DNA of 36,220 nt, taken from positions 1 through 36,220 of the forward strand of contig JAVYSI010000001.1 in assembly GCA_038729265.1 (NCBI GenBank). The letters are read 5' to 3'. Below, one piece after another: positions 27,616-35,650 of the stretch (its first letter is position 1; each line of letters starts with the position of its first letter). The translations under genes and the position numbers were made by a program. The DNA comes from Methanothrix sp. Its GTDB lineage: Archaea > Micrarchaeota > Micrarchaeia > Micrarchaeales > Micrarchaeaceae. The notes under the pieces were generated by a model, which made no database searches, had not been told where the DNA came from, and saw only the letters and a program-made list of their open reading frames with translations.

Positions 27616-27660
27616 AAAATACACTGATGAATGCAGCCGCACGGCCGATACTGATATTCA

Positions 27661-27682
27661 GAAGAAAAAGAATAAAAAGAGA
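27661..27682 (-). terminator. T-rich terminator-like tract after trxA
   Basis: Minus strand TCTCTTTTTATTCTTTTTCTTC just after the stop codon. Confidence 0.45.
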
Positions 27683-27690
27683 CCCTGCAA

Positions 27691-28011
27691 TCACAGGTTC
27701 TTCTCTATCCACTTCTTTAGTACCTCTTTAGGCACTGCGCCGACGCTCTGAGCCTTTACTTGTCCATTTACTATCAGCAGCGTTGTAGGTATACTCATTA
27801 CTCCGTAGTTTGCCGCTATGCTCTCGTTTTCGTCAGCGTCGACCTTTACAAACTTTATCTTTCCATCATATTCGTTGGAAACCTCTTCCACTATAGGGGA
27901 ATACATCCTGCAGGGACCGCACCAAGTTGCCCATATATCAACGAGCACAGGTATTTTTGATTTAAGCACTTCATCTCCAAAGTTTTTCTCATTTACTTCC
28001 TTAACACTCAC
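27691..28011 (-). CDS. trxA: Thioredoxin
   Basis: WATWCGPC active site and SIPT cis-Pro loop. GTG start with GGTG-N5. Confidence 0.97.
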   Translation of the reverse strand: MSVKEVNEKNFGDEVLKSKIPVLVDIWATWCGPCRMYSPIVEEVSNEYDGKIKFVKVDADENESIAANYGVMSIPTTLLIVNGQVKAQSVGAVPKEVLKKWIEKNL

Positions 28012-28144
28012 TCTATCACCATTTTCATATATATTCTTTTTTATATGTTATTTAAGCCTATCGCAATATGCTTGTTATCAAAATAAACAAACATCACCAA
28101 TCCCTGCTCTGTGTAGCACTTCCACTATCCACGACTGCGTCATG

Positions 28145-28152
28145 TTTTTATA
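28145..28152 (+). promoter_or_regulatory. Putative TATA box for the sRNA-histone unit
   Basis: TTTTTATA about 25 nt upstream of box C. Confidence 0.5.
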
Positions 28153-28172
28153 TGTTAAACTGCAATAAGTCT

Positions 28173-28233
28173 AACAGTGATGAGCTAAGCGCACTGAGCA
28201 ATTGCTGTGATGTGGATCTTGAGTGCTGATTGT
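28173..28233 (+). ncRNA. C/D box methylation-guide sRNA; D guide predicted to target C34 of tRNA-Leu(CAA)
   Basis: Box C GTGATGA 28177-83, D' CTGA 28194-97, C' GTGATGT 28207-13, D CTGA 28226-29. Guides of 10 and 12 nt. Confidence 0.82.
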
Positions 28234-28241
28234 GTGGTTGA

Positions 28242-28451
28242 ATGGGAATACCGATTGCTGCTGTAAAAAAACTGGTAATGGGCAAATACGGGATAAAGAT
28301 AGACGACGAAGCTGCTGCATCAATGGCTAAAATGTTGGATGAAAAAGCCTCAGAAATAGCTAAGTACGCTGTAGAGCACGCCAAGTCGAGCAATAGCGGC
28401 AGGGTAACCGCAGAAGATATTGAGGCATACAAACTCAATTCCGGTAATTAG
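28242..28451 (+). CDS. Divergent archaeal histone-fold protein
   Basis: 69 aa. IPIAAVKKL, DEAAASM and IAKYAVEHAK..VTAEDI align with the HMf family. Confidence 0.82.
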   Translation: MGIPIAAVKKLVMGKYGIKIDDEAAASMAKMLDEKASEIAKYAVEHAKSSNSGRVTAEDIEAYKLNSGN

Positions 28452-28997
28452 ATGACTTCTGGGAATATATCCGAAAGCCCGGAACACTCGATAAAGCTCG
28501 AATATGAGCTTGGTGGCAAGCTTCTCCAAGCACTGTGGGAGCCTAAGGATGGCGGCTATACCCTTCAGACTATATTTGACAAAGATGGCGGTATCCTTGA
28601 CCAGAAGCTCATAAACCTGCAAGGCCACGACCAGAAGGAAGTAGTGGAAGCCTTCATGGATTCCAATGATATAGAGCCAAAGGAGAGCGTTTATGAGCCT
28701 GTAGCGCTCCACAAAGAATGCCCCTCGTGCCATCGCAGGACGCTGGTAAGGCGTTCTTATATAGAAAAAAAACCATCAAAAATCCCAATAATGCCCATGT
28801 ATGAATGCACAAACTGCGGGTCAAAGGCCTACTATCTTACGGACTGGTATCTGAAGAAACTGGTAGTCTCAAACAAGGAGCTCTTCGAAGGTGTGGACAT
28901 CAAGGAATTCGAGACTGATGAGCAAAAGTTTATAAATGAGCTTAAAGCCTATATAATAAGGATATTCGCATCCAAGCACGTACTAAACATAAAATAG
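28452..28997 (+). CDS. Hypothetical zinc-ribbon protein
   Basis: CPSC...CTNC pairs. Starts 1 nt after the histone stop. Confidence 0.7.
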   Translation: MTSGNISESPEHSIKLEYELGGKLLQALWEPKDGGYTLQTIFDKDGGILDQKLINLQGHDQKEVVEAFMDSNDIEPKESVYEPVALHKECPSCHRRTLVRRSYIEKKPSKIPIMPMYECTNCGSKAYYLTDWYLKKLVVSNKELFEGVDIKEFETDEQKFINELKAYIIRIFASKHVLNIK

Positions 28998-29005
28998 GTT
29001 TTGAA

Positions 29006-29254
29006 ATGGTATTACTCTCAGACATGTATGGAAAGCAGATAATAAGCAACGAAGGCAAGAGGATCGGGACGGTCGAGGATCTTATAATAAATTTTGAGGA
29101 GGGAAAAATAGCTAGCATGCTCACAGTCAAGATAGACAGCCTTATAAGAAGCGAACACACGGCACAGCTGCTCAAGAAAAACAGCGTAAGCTACGACAGG
29201 GTAAAGAACGTATCTGAAACCGTCATAGTCGGAGCTTCTGAAGCAAAGCGCTGA
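29006..29254 (+). CDS. PRC-barrel domain protein (possibly CdpB-like)
   Basis: LSDMYGKQIISNEGKRIGTVEDLIIN...VSETVIV. Confidence 0.88.
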   Translation: MVLLSDMYGKQIISNEGKRIGTVEDLIINFEEGKIASMLTVKIDSLIRSEHTAQLLKKNSVSYDRVKNVSETVIVGASEAKR

Positions 29255-29274
29255 GCTTGATAAAAAGCGAAGTC

Positions 29275-29406
29275 TCAATCCGTTGAGACTTCCCTGGGTA
29301 TGCTCGGCCTTTTCTTTATAAGCCTTCTTCCTCCGCAGTAGGGGCATCTTACAAAACCCTCTATCTGCTCGATTTCCCTATTGCAGCTCATGCAAACGTA
29401 ACTCAT
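29275..29406 (-). CDS. rpoP: RNA polymerase subunit Rpo12 (P), 43 aa
   Basis: Hand translation MSYVCMSCNREIEQIEGFVRCPYCGGRRLIKKRPSIPREVSTD. AGGTG RBS and expected position near rpl37ae. Confidence 0.92.
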   Translation of the reverse strand: MSYVCMSCNREIEQIEGFVRCPYCGGRRLIKKRPSIPREVSTD

Positions 29407-29445
29407 TTTTTGACACCTTCGAATATAAACATTAAGATATTTTTA

Positions 29446-29826
29446 TTATTTATTGCTTTCCTTGCCCTGTTTGCTGTTGGCCTTGAGCCATTTTACGAAA
29501 TCGCTGTGTAGCGCCGACTTGCTGGTGTCTATGACCCTTATTTTCATGCTGCCATTGTAATGCTCGTCGTTGAGCACCAGCACCTCCTCATAATCCTTCA
29601 TCTCGGCGTAATGCACTTCCATCCAGTGTATTCTGCCGTTAAGATAATCATCGAGCACGCGCTTGTTCATTGGGACTGATGAAAAGCTGAACACCAGCCC
29701 GTTGCACCAGTATAGCGGCATAGTCCCTGCTGGTGTTATCCTTTCCCTCATGAGGTCGTCCATGCCTACCTTTACAACTTCGTGCACCACGAGCTCGTTA
29801 ACAGGCGAAAAGCTTATCTTTACCAT
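29446..29826 (-). CDS. Hypothetical protein
   Basis: Begins 5 nt after the rpl37ae stop; globular composition. Confidence 0.75.
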   Translation of the reverse strand: MVKISFSPVNELVVHEVVKVGMDDLMRERITPAGTMPLYWCNGLVFSFSSVPMNKRVLDDYLNGRIHWMEVHYAEMKDYEEVLVLNDEHYNGSMKIRVIDTSKSALHSDFVKWLKANSKQGKESNK

Positions 29827-29831
29827 CGAAA

Positions 29832-30080
29832 TTATCTCTTGTTATTCTTGCTTATCAAATCTACTTGCCTTCTTGCGACTTCTCCAGCAGCAGTGGTCAT
29901 TGTATATGCACCTCCGGCATACGTGGCTCCGCAGTGCCTGCACCTCCATATGCTCGTGCTTATCCTCTTTACGGCTACATGGCCGCATTCTTCGCACTTA
30001 TACAGGCCGACTTTCTGTGCCTTGACTGCCTTCTGTCTTTTCCTTATACTAGCTCCATACCTTATATTAGGGCTTGCCAT
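29832..30080 (-). CDS. rpl37ae: Ribosomal protein eL43 (L37Ae)
   Basis: RYGASIRK, CEEC...IWRCRHC and GGAY. Confidence 0.95.
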   Translation of the reverse strand: MASPNIRYGASIRKRQKAVKAQKVGLYKCEECGHVAVKRISTSIWRCRHCGATYAGGAYTMTTAAGEVARRQVDLISKNNKR

Positions 30081-30084
30081 AATA

Positions 30085-30888
30085 TCATCTTTTTGCCTTT
30101 TCGATGTGCTTTGCGAGCTCCTTGTGCTTGTCTATGGCCACATCTACCAGTTCTTCAATCTCTTTTAGTGTGAAACTTCCTTTCAATCCCTTCTGCATCG
30201 CCCTTACGACAGTGCCGTCAGTAGCAATCGTGAGCCTTGCATCCATCGCAGACTCTTCTGCGCCATCTGGATCTATAATTATCGCTCCGCCTATCTTGGC
30301 GAAGGTGCACGATGCCACTATGTTGTTGACGTTTATTGGCGTGTTCCTTTCCTTGTAATCCGCCACACCATCCTTATAAGATGGCAGCCTGGAGTTCGCT
30401 ATCGCGGCCATCGCGGCTAGCGTGCTGGCATCGAACAGGTTTCCATCGTAATTGAGAACATATACGTCAACGTAAACAGTCCATGCCTTTCCCTCTTCCA
30501 AAAACAGGTCTTCCAGCTTTATGCAGTTTCCCGCCCTTATTCCTCTGTCAACTACCCTTGCGAGCTCTATCGCTTCCGGGCTCGGCGGCCCAGACTCGTA
30601 CTCTGCCGCTGCCAAAGGCAGAAGCTCAGCAGAAACTACTATATTCCCCTGATCTGGCGTATCCGAATGTACATCGTCCACCACTATCTTTGCGCCAGCT
30701 AACACTCTTGTGTTGCCTATATCGACTTGTGCAGAACCTTCGGCGTGGTCTATTATACCTGTCTTTATATCTATGCTCCTATAATCCATGGCCCCGCGCT
30801 TGTCCTCGCGCTCTCCCTTGGCTATCATTTCCCTTATATAATCGCTCTTTATAATCTCTATTGCGCCCGTAAAATCACCTGTTTTCAT
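30085..30888 (-). CDS. rrp42: Exosome complex component Rrp42
   Basis: AEGSAQV, ESGPP, ELARVVDRGIR and DGNLFDA. Confidence 0.95.
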   Translation of the reverse strand: MKTGDFTGAIEIIKSDYIREMIAKGEREDKRGAMDYRSIDIKTGIIDHAEGSAQVDIGNTRVLAGAKIVVDDVHSDTPDQGNIVVSAELLPLAAAEYESGPPSPEAIELARVVDRGIRAGNCIKLEDLFLEEGKAWTVYVDVYVLNYDGNLFDASTLAAMAAIANSRLPSYKDGVADYKERNTPINVNNIVASCTFAKIGGAIIIDPDGAEESAMDARLTIATDGTVVRAMQKGLKGSFTLKEIEELVDVAIDKHKELAKHIEKAKR

Positions 30889-31600
30889 ATATGGCTTTTA
30901 ATGCATCCCTCTGGGCTTTTGATATTGTCTTGCCAGCTTCTATCACCATACTCATGGCCTTCTTAAGCTGGTCCTTATCCAGCCCTCCATCCATCTGGAG
31001 CAGCAACACCTCGTTGCTTTTTGGAGATATCGCCATCGGCATGTCTGCGTCAGAGTAATTGTCCTCTATCATATTGACGTCAAGGACTACGTGCTCACCT
31101 ATTCTTCCAGCGCTGACTGCATAGACTAAATCCCTCATCTTTATGCCTGCATTTGCCAGTGCCACTGCGGCAGCTGTTATCCCTGCCGCTCTAGTGCCTC
31201 CGTCGCTTTGCAGAATCTCTATGAAGATGTCTATCTCGCTTCCAGGGAATTCGTTAAGAAATATTACGTTCTCGAATACTTCTTTCGTGACTTTGGATAT
31301 TTCCGTGGCTCTCCTATTGGGGCCGGTTCTTCCGTGCTCTCCCAATCCTGAGAAAGGAGCCATGGAGTACCTGCATTTGACGACAGCTTTCGTAGAGTCT
31401 GCCGTGTGTCTTGGCATAGCCTCTTTCGGCCCGTATACAGCAGCAAGCACCCTGTTGTTGCCCCATTCGAGATATGCCGAACCCTGTGCGTTCTTGAGCA
31501 CATTAGCCTCTATCTTCAAGGGCCTTAGCTCGTCGAAATCCCTGCCATCGAGCCTTTTGCCATTTACTATAAGCTCTGGTTTGTTTAACGAAGAAGCCAT
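30875..31600 (-). CDS. rrp41: Exosome complex component Rrp41
   Basis: RLDGR, AVYGPKE, YSMAPFS, DGGTR and EDNYSDADMP. Confidence 0.96.
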   Translation of the reverse strand: MASSLNKPELIVNGKRLDGRDFDELRPLKIEANVLKNAQGSAYLEWGNNRVLAAVYGPKEAMPRHTADSTKAVVKCRYSMAPFSGLGEHGRTGPNRRATEISKVTKEVFENVIFLNEFPGSEIDIFIEILQSDGGTRAAGITAAAVALANAGIKMRDLVYAVSAGRIGEHVVLDVNMIEDNYSDADMPMAISPKSNEVLLLQMDGGLDKDQLKKAMSMVIEAGKTISKAQRDALKAIYENR

Positions 31601-31670
31601 GAAATCACTTCAAAATCAAAAATTGCGAAAATCTGCATATTTCTTTTAACGTAATAATATAATAAGCTTT

Positions 31671-32294
31671 TTAGCGGTTTTCCGCTGGCGCTTCAGCTTC
31701 CAGCATCGCCTTGATCCTTTCTGTAAGCCCACTGGTATGGGCCTCCCTTTCAACGGTCCTTATGGCCTTTATAGCTAGCTCGGTGTTGCCCCCGTTTATC
31801 CATATTATGCCGTTCCTGCCTATTATTATCCTGCTGCCAGTGAGCCTGGCTATCTGGTTTGCCATGGTCTCGCTCTTGCCTATTATGCGCGGTATCCGTA
31901 CGGGCTTAACATATATGGTCTGCCCGAGCGCCAGTTTCCTAGGCCTTTCGAGTATGGCCAACCTCTTCCTTTCAACATCCGCAACCGTGGCTTCTATTAT
32001 GTCGTTAGCCTCGAAAATAGGCCCGGAGTCGAACTTGCTAGTTATTATGAGCCCCTGCACGAATTCGGTAAGCACTACGTTATAAATGCCTGGCTTTGCC
32101 GGCTTTTCCACAATCCCTATTACGTTGTCCCCTATTCTGGGCTTCCACATTCCCTCAAGCGGTATAACGTCCTTCTTATCGCTGTCGTAAAAGCCGAGTA
32201 TGTTTGAATATGCTTTTCCATTCTGGAGCATCACGTATTCATTGCGCCTCGTATCTTTCGGTAGCTCTTCTCCAGGTGTGACAAACTGCCTCAT
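31671..32294 (-). CDS. rrp4: Exosome RNA-binding protein Rrp4
   Basis: VTPGE, PRIGDNVIG (S1), IPRIIGK and GRNGIIWI (KH), AHTSGLT. Confidence 0.93.
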   Translation of the reverse strand: MRQFVTPGEELPKDTRRNEYVMLQNGKAYSNILGFYDSDKKDVIPLEGMWKPRIGDNVIGIVEKPAKPGIYNVVLTEFVQGLIITSKFDSGPIFEANDIIEATVADVERKRLAILERPRKLALGQTIYVKPVRIPRIIGKSETMANQIARLTGSRIIIGRNGIIWINGGNTELAIKAIRTVEREAHTSGLTERIKAMLEAEAPAENR

Positions 32295-32300
32295 TCAAAA

Positions 32301-32984
32301 TCATCCAAGTATCTTTGTTTCTACCCTTCCTTGCGTAGCCTTGTTTAGCTTGTCGTAAAGCTCGTTTTGCATTCCCGCCGGAAATTCGACCACGGCCTTC
32401 AGGGAGCCGTTGCCCATCCATTCCTCTGACTTGAGCCCGAACTGCTTTAGCGTATTATAACACCTGTTTACCGAATCAGCAGGTATGATAACCTCTATCT
32501 TTATGTTCGTGAACTTTATTGGAAGAAGCACGCTTATCTTTTTGACTACGGCTTCAACCTGCTCGTTTGCATTCTTGAAAGGGTCTATAGGGACCTTGGC
32601 TTCTTTCATAGCATTTTCGACCCTCAAAGCAGTAGCAGGTGCGTTTGTCCTAGGGTCTATGGAATTCCTTGCTATTATATCTATTATTTGCTTCCTCTTC
32701 TCCTCGAGCATTTTTGCTCTCTGCTCAGTGGTAATGGGCAGGTCTCCCTTCTTCAGTATCTGGTCCACGACAGAGGCTAAATCAGTAGTGCCGAACACCT
32801 TCTTTATCTTCTCATCGCTCTGGCGTTCCCCTTTTCTGGCGTCCTTGAACACCTGTTCTGCTTCAAGGACTGAAAGCGGCTCCTTTCTCTTACCTGTAAC
32901 ATATTCATAGGCCATGTCGGCATCTACCAATATCTCGAAGCTATCTTTCCCATCGGAATATTTTGCCGTTACGGTCTTGCCCAT
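32301..32984 (-). CDS. sdo1: Ribosome maturation protein SBDS/Sdo1
   Basis: FEILVD, VFKDARKGE, ITTEQR and DPRTNAP; superoperon position. Confidence 0.95.
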   Translation of the reverse strand: MGKTVTAKYSDGKDSFEILVDADMAYEYVTGKRKEPLSVLEAEQVFKDARKGERQSDEKIKKVFGTTDLASVVDQILKKGDLPITTEQRAKMLEEKRKQIIDIIARNSIDPRTNAPATALRVENAMKEAKVPIDPFKNANEQVEAVVKKISVLLPIKFTNIKIEVIIPADSVNRCYNTLKQFGLKSEEWMGNGSLKAVVEFPAGMQNELYDKLNKATQGRVETKILG

Positions 32985-32992
32985 GAAACCAC

Positions 32993-33688
32993 TCAGAGGT
33001 ATGCGCTTATGTCCTTTATGTCGAAGGGTTTGTAACCTTTAGCCTTCGTTATTGTCGATATGTCGACATTCTCAGGCGACAGCTTCTTCTCGTTTATCTT
33101 CTTAAGTATGCTAACACCCAAGTTTATCGCGTCGTTGAGTTTCATGCCGTCTTTGTATTCCTTCACCAATATGTCCTCAGCAACCTTTTTGCCGATGCCA
33201 ATCGCGTCAGCTTTGTATCCAGAGAACGAGGCTCCTGGTTCAACTTCGAAAAGCCTGTAATCGGTATCATAGCCCCCTATGAGCAGGGATATGGCATAAG
33301 GCCTTAGCCCTCCGTACTGGGTGGCCATTTGCATCTCTTCAGATATCTCTCTGGCTATGGTTTCAACAGATTCGGTCTCATCGTATACCATTCTGTGTGT
33401 TTGTGTCTTGGATCGCATCATCCCTACAACGTGCAGGCCATCAGAAACGAGCCCGCTGTATGTGGTTCCAACGAATGAGTCTACCTTAAATATCTTCTGC
33501 ACAGTGCTTGGTATTATGAGAGGCTCGACTATGTTCTTATGAGCTATTAGGACAACTCCTTCGTCAGCAACCATGCCTATGGAAGTAGCTCCCTTCCTTA
33601 CTGCCTCCTTTGCATATTCCACTTGAAACAGCCTTCCATCTGGGCTGAACATCACTCCTCTGTCGTAAGCCTGTATGTTTGGGTACAT
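32993..33688 (-). CDS. psmA: Proteasome alpha subunit
   Basis: YDRGVMFSPDGRLFQVEYAKEAV and TQYGGLRPY. Confidence 0.97.
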   Translation of the reverse strand: MYPNIQAYDRGVMFSPDGRLFQVEYAKEAVRKGATSIGMVADEGVVLIAHKNIVEPLIIPSTVQKIFKVDSFVGTTYSGLVSDGLHVVGMMRSKTQTHRMVYDETESVETIAREISEEMQMATQYGGLRPYAISLLIGGYDTDYRLFEVEPGASFSGYKADAIGIGKKVAEDILVKEYKDGMKLNDAINLGVSILKKINEKKLSPENVDISTITKAKGYKPFDIKDISAYL

Positions 33689-33845
33689 CTATTCACCAGT
33701 CAAATCGTTCTTACTTATTTAAAATCAATGCTTTTTAAACATGTCCTTTAAAAAATTTTATTTGCCTCTGTATATATGAGACTGTAAAATTTTAGGCTGT
33801 CAATTAACATTGTAAAATATAACCTTTTAACGCTTTGCTGGCATG

Positions 33846-34349
33846 TCAAAAGGTTTTTATTTCAAGTATTTCAGCAAGGGATTTCCTTAGTGTTTCATAT
33901 GATAGAAATGCTACATCACGGAATCCGATTTCACTGTTTCCGATTCCGTTTTCAATATCCTTTATTTTGGTCTTGAGTCTATCTTTCAAATAAAAAGCCG
34001 CATTCTCAACCTTTTCAATGTCTATGCTGTCCCTATTTATATGCTCCTTGCAAATGGATCCGATTCTTGCCTCGATGCCAGGCTTTATGAAATCTTCATA
34101 AAGCATTTTCTCATTGCTGATAAACCTTGTCACTAGAGTTTTAGGTACATTCAAATTTATGTAAGCAGAATCAAGCTTTTCTATCAAGCTGTCAAAACTG
34201 CTTTTCACTTCAGGGACTATAACTCCTATAAGCTTCTGCCTCTCTTCAAAAGCTTGTGCCTCATCTTTGCGCATCATTTTGACATATGTAATATTGTTTA
34301 CGCTAAGGCTGACAGGCTTCAAATCACTGCTCTTGCTTATTGTTGACAT
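33846..34349 (-). CDS. Hypothetical AT-rich protein, predicted mostly helical
   Basis: Only long ORF in this interval; no recognisable motif. Confidence 0.55.
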   Translation of the reverse strand: MSTISKSSDLKPVSLSVNNITYVKMMRKDEAQAFEERQKLIGVIVPEVKSSFDSLIEKLDSAYINLNVPKTLVTRFISNEKMLYEDFIKPGIEARIGSICKEHINRDSIDIEKVENAAFYLKDRLKTKIKDIENGIGNSEIGFRDVAFLSYETLRKSLAEILEIKTF

Positions 34350-34481
34350 ACAAACAGCTTACAGATTATACTTTACAAATATCTATCTTTAATGTATATA
34401 AATAATTCTTGTGGTGGTTTTTACCTTATTTACAGCAATTTCAGCGCCGTTTTTAAAAATTATAACGCTTAAAAGCTAAAT

Positions 34482-34796
34482 ATGCAAAACATCGAATATG
34501 AGGAAGCCTTGAGTATAGCCAAGCAGAAGGGAAAGAAGCTGGTATGGCTTGGCTCAGAACCAGTCGACTATATAAGCAGCCTTCTCGATTTGGAAGAAGG
34601 GCTCATAGAAGCCGCGGATCCGATGGAAATGCTCAACGCACCTAAAGAGGAATTGCTGAAATATGAGGGTTCGGTGCTCGTGTGCTATCATGGCAATACG
34701 TCTGCTTTCGTATCCGAAATGATAAAAGACAAGCACGGAATAGAGACGTTCAATCTTAGGGGCGGCATAACCTCAATCGTTGGTGAGGTCTTTTGA
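34482..34796 (+). CDS. Single-domain rhodanese/sulfurtransferase
   Basis: VLVCYHGNTS active loop (GlpE-like) and FNLRGGI. Confidence 0.85.
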   Translation: MQNIEYEEALSIAKQKGKKLVWLGSEPVDYISSLLDLEEGLIEAADPMEMLNAPKEELLKYEGSVLVCYHGNTSAFVSEMIKDKHGIETFNLRGGITSIVGEVF

Positions 34797-35105
34797 ATGC
34801 ACCTCCTTCATGAGCGCTTTGATCGTGCCAGAACTTTTAAGGGTATATAAGCCGGTTTCGGTAGTTCCAAGCCTTTTTATCAGCGCAGAAGCGAGGAGCA
34901 TGCTTTCGTAGCCTTGCAATCTGCACCTTATAACAAAATGCTTGCCATCTATTAGTAAAACGAGTTTGGGCGATATATAATAATAACCCAATTGCCCCAC
35001 AAGCGAGAGGATTGCCTGCTTGAGCGCCCTATCTAATTCATCCTTCTCCATATTTAATTCCGAAGCGGATTCAAGCATGATGTAACGTTTCTTATCTCTT
35101 ATCAT
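34773..35105 (-). CDS. rnp2: RNase P protein Pop5/Rpp14
   Basis: RDKKRYI, FVIRC and TLKSSGTIKAL. Confidence 0.9.
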   Translation of the reverse strand: MIRDKKRYIMLESASELNMEKDELDRALKQAILSLVGQLGYYYISPKLVLLIDGKHFVIRCRLQGYESMLLASALIKRLGTTETGLYTLKSSGTIKALMKEVHSKDLTND

Positions 35106-35117
35106 TGCAAGTCCCTT

Positions 35118-35642
35118 TCACAGTTTTGAAATGATGCTCCTGTTTTCCGAGAGCGCCTTCTTTGCGTCGTTTGTTTCAATACCAAGCGCTTTACATATCG
35201 CTATAAGCTGCACCGGAGCAAGTACTTCCATATTGTTCCTCGCAAGCGAAGCGATTCCGACTCTTATGCCCCTTCCAAGCATAATCCCGGTACAATCGCG
35301 AAACTTGCCAATGAGCAACGCCCTGTATGTTCCGTAAGCATTCTCTATTGCCGATGCGTCTATAATGAATGAGGTGCCGTAATCCTGCATCTCATTCACG
35401 TATTTCCTCATCTCCCCCAGCACCTCCGGGTTTTGAGGTATTATAGCGCTCGCGCCGTTCTTAAAATAAGGCACTAGATTTTCGCTCTTCGAGGAGTAAA
35501 CTACTGCTTTTCTGTTTGCTGATCCAGGATCCTTTGAAAAATCGAAATCTCTCCCTTCTACTGCAACTCCTTTGAAGCCCAGGCGCTTGAAAATATCGAG
35601 CGTGTTTGCCATTCCGCTCCGTACCACATCATAATACGCCAA
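35118..35642 (-). CDS. rnp3: RNase P protein Rpp30, shortened and divergent
   Basis: IASLARNNMEVLAP..ALGIE..AKKALSEN resembles the Rpp30 C-terminus; adjacent to pop5. Confidence 0.7.
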   Translation of the reverse strand: MAYYDVVRSGMANTLDIFKRLGFKGVAVEGRDFDFSKDPGSANRKAVVYSSKSENLVPYFKNGASAIIPQNPEVLGEMRKYVNEMQDYGTSFIIDASAIENAYGTYRALLIGKFRDCTGIMLGRGIRVGIASLARNNMEVLAPVQLIAICKALGIETNDAKKALSENRSIISKL

Positions 35643-35650
35643 GCAAACAC

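Noticed and set aside
28078-28143. 21-codon minus-strand ORF or possible ncRNA upstream of trxA
   Set aside because: No RBS, no complete C/D or H/ACA box set and no convincing fold; left unexplained.
32993-33004. PsmA C-terminus AYL resembling an HbYX motif
   Set aside because: Similar endings are ordinary for the last helix of archaeal alpha subunits.
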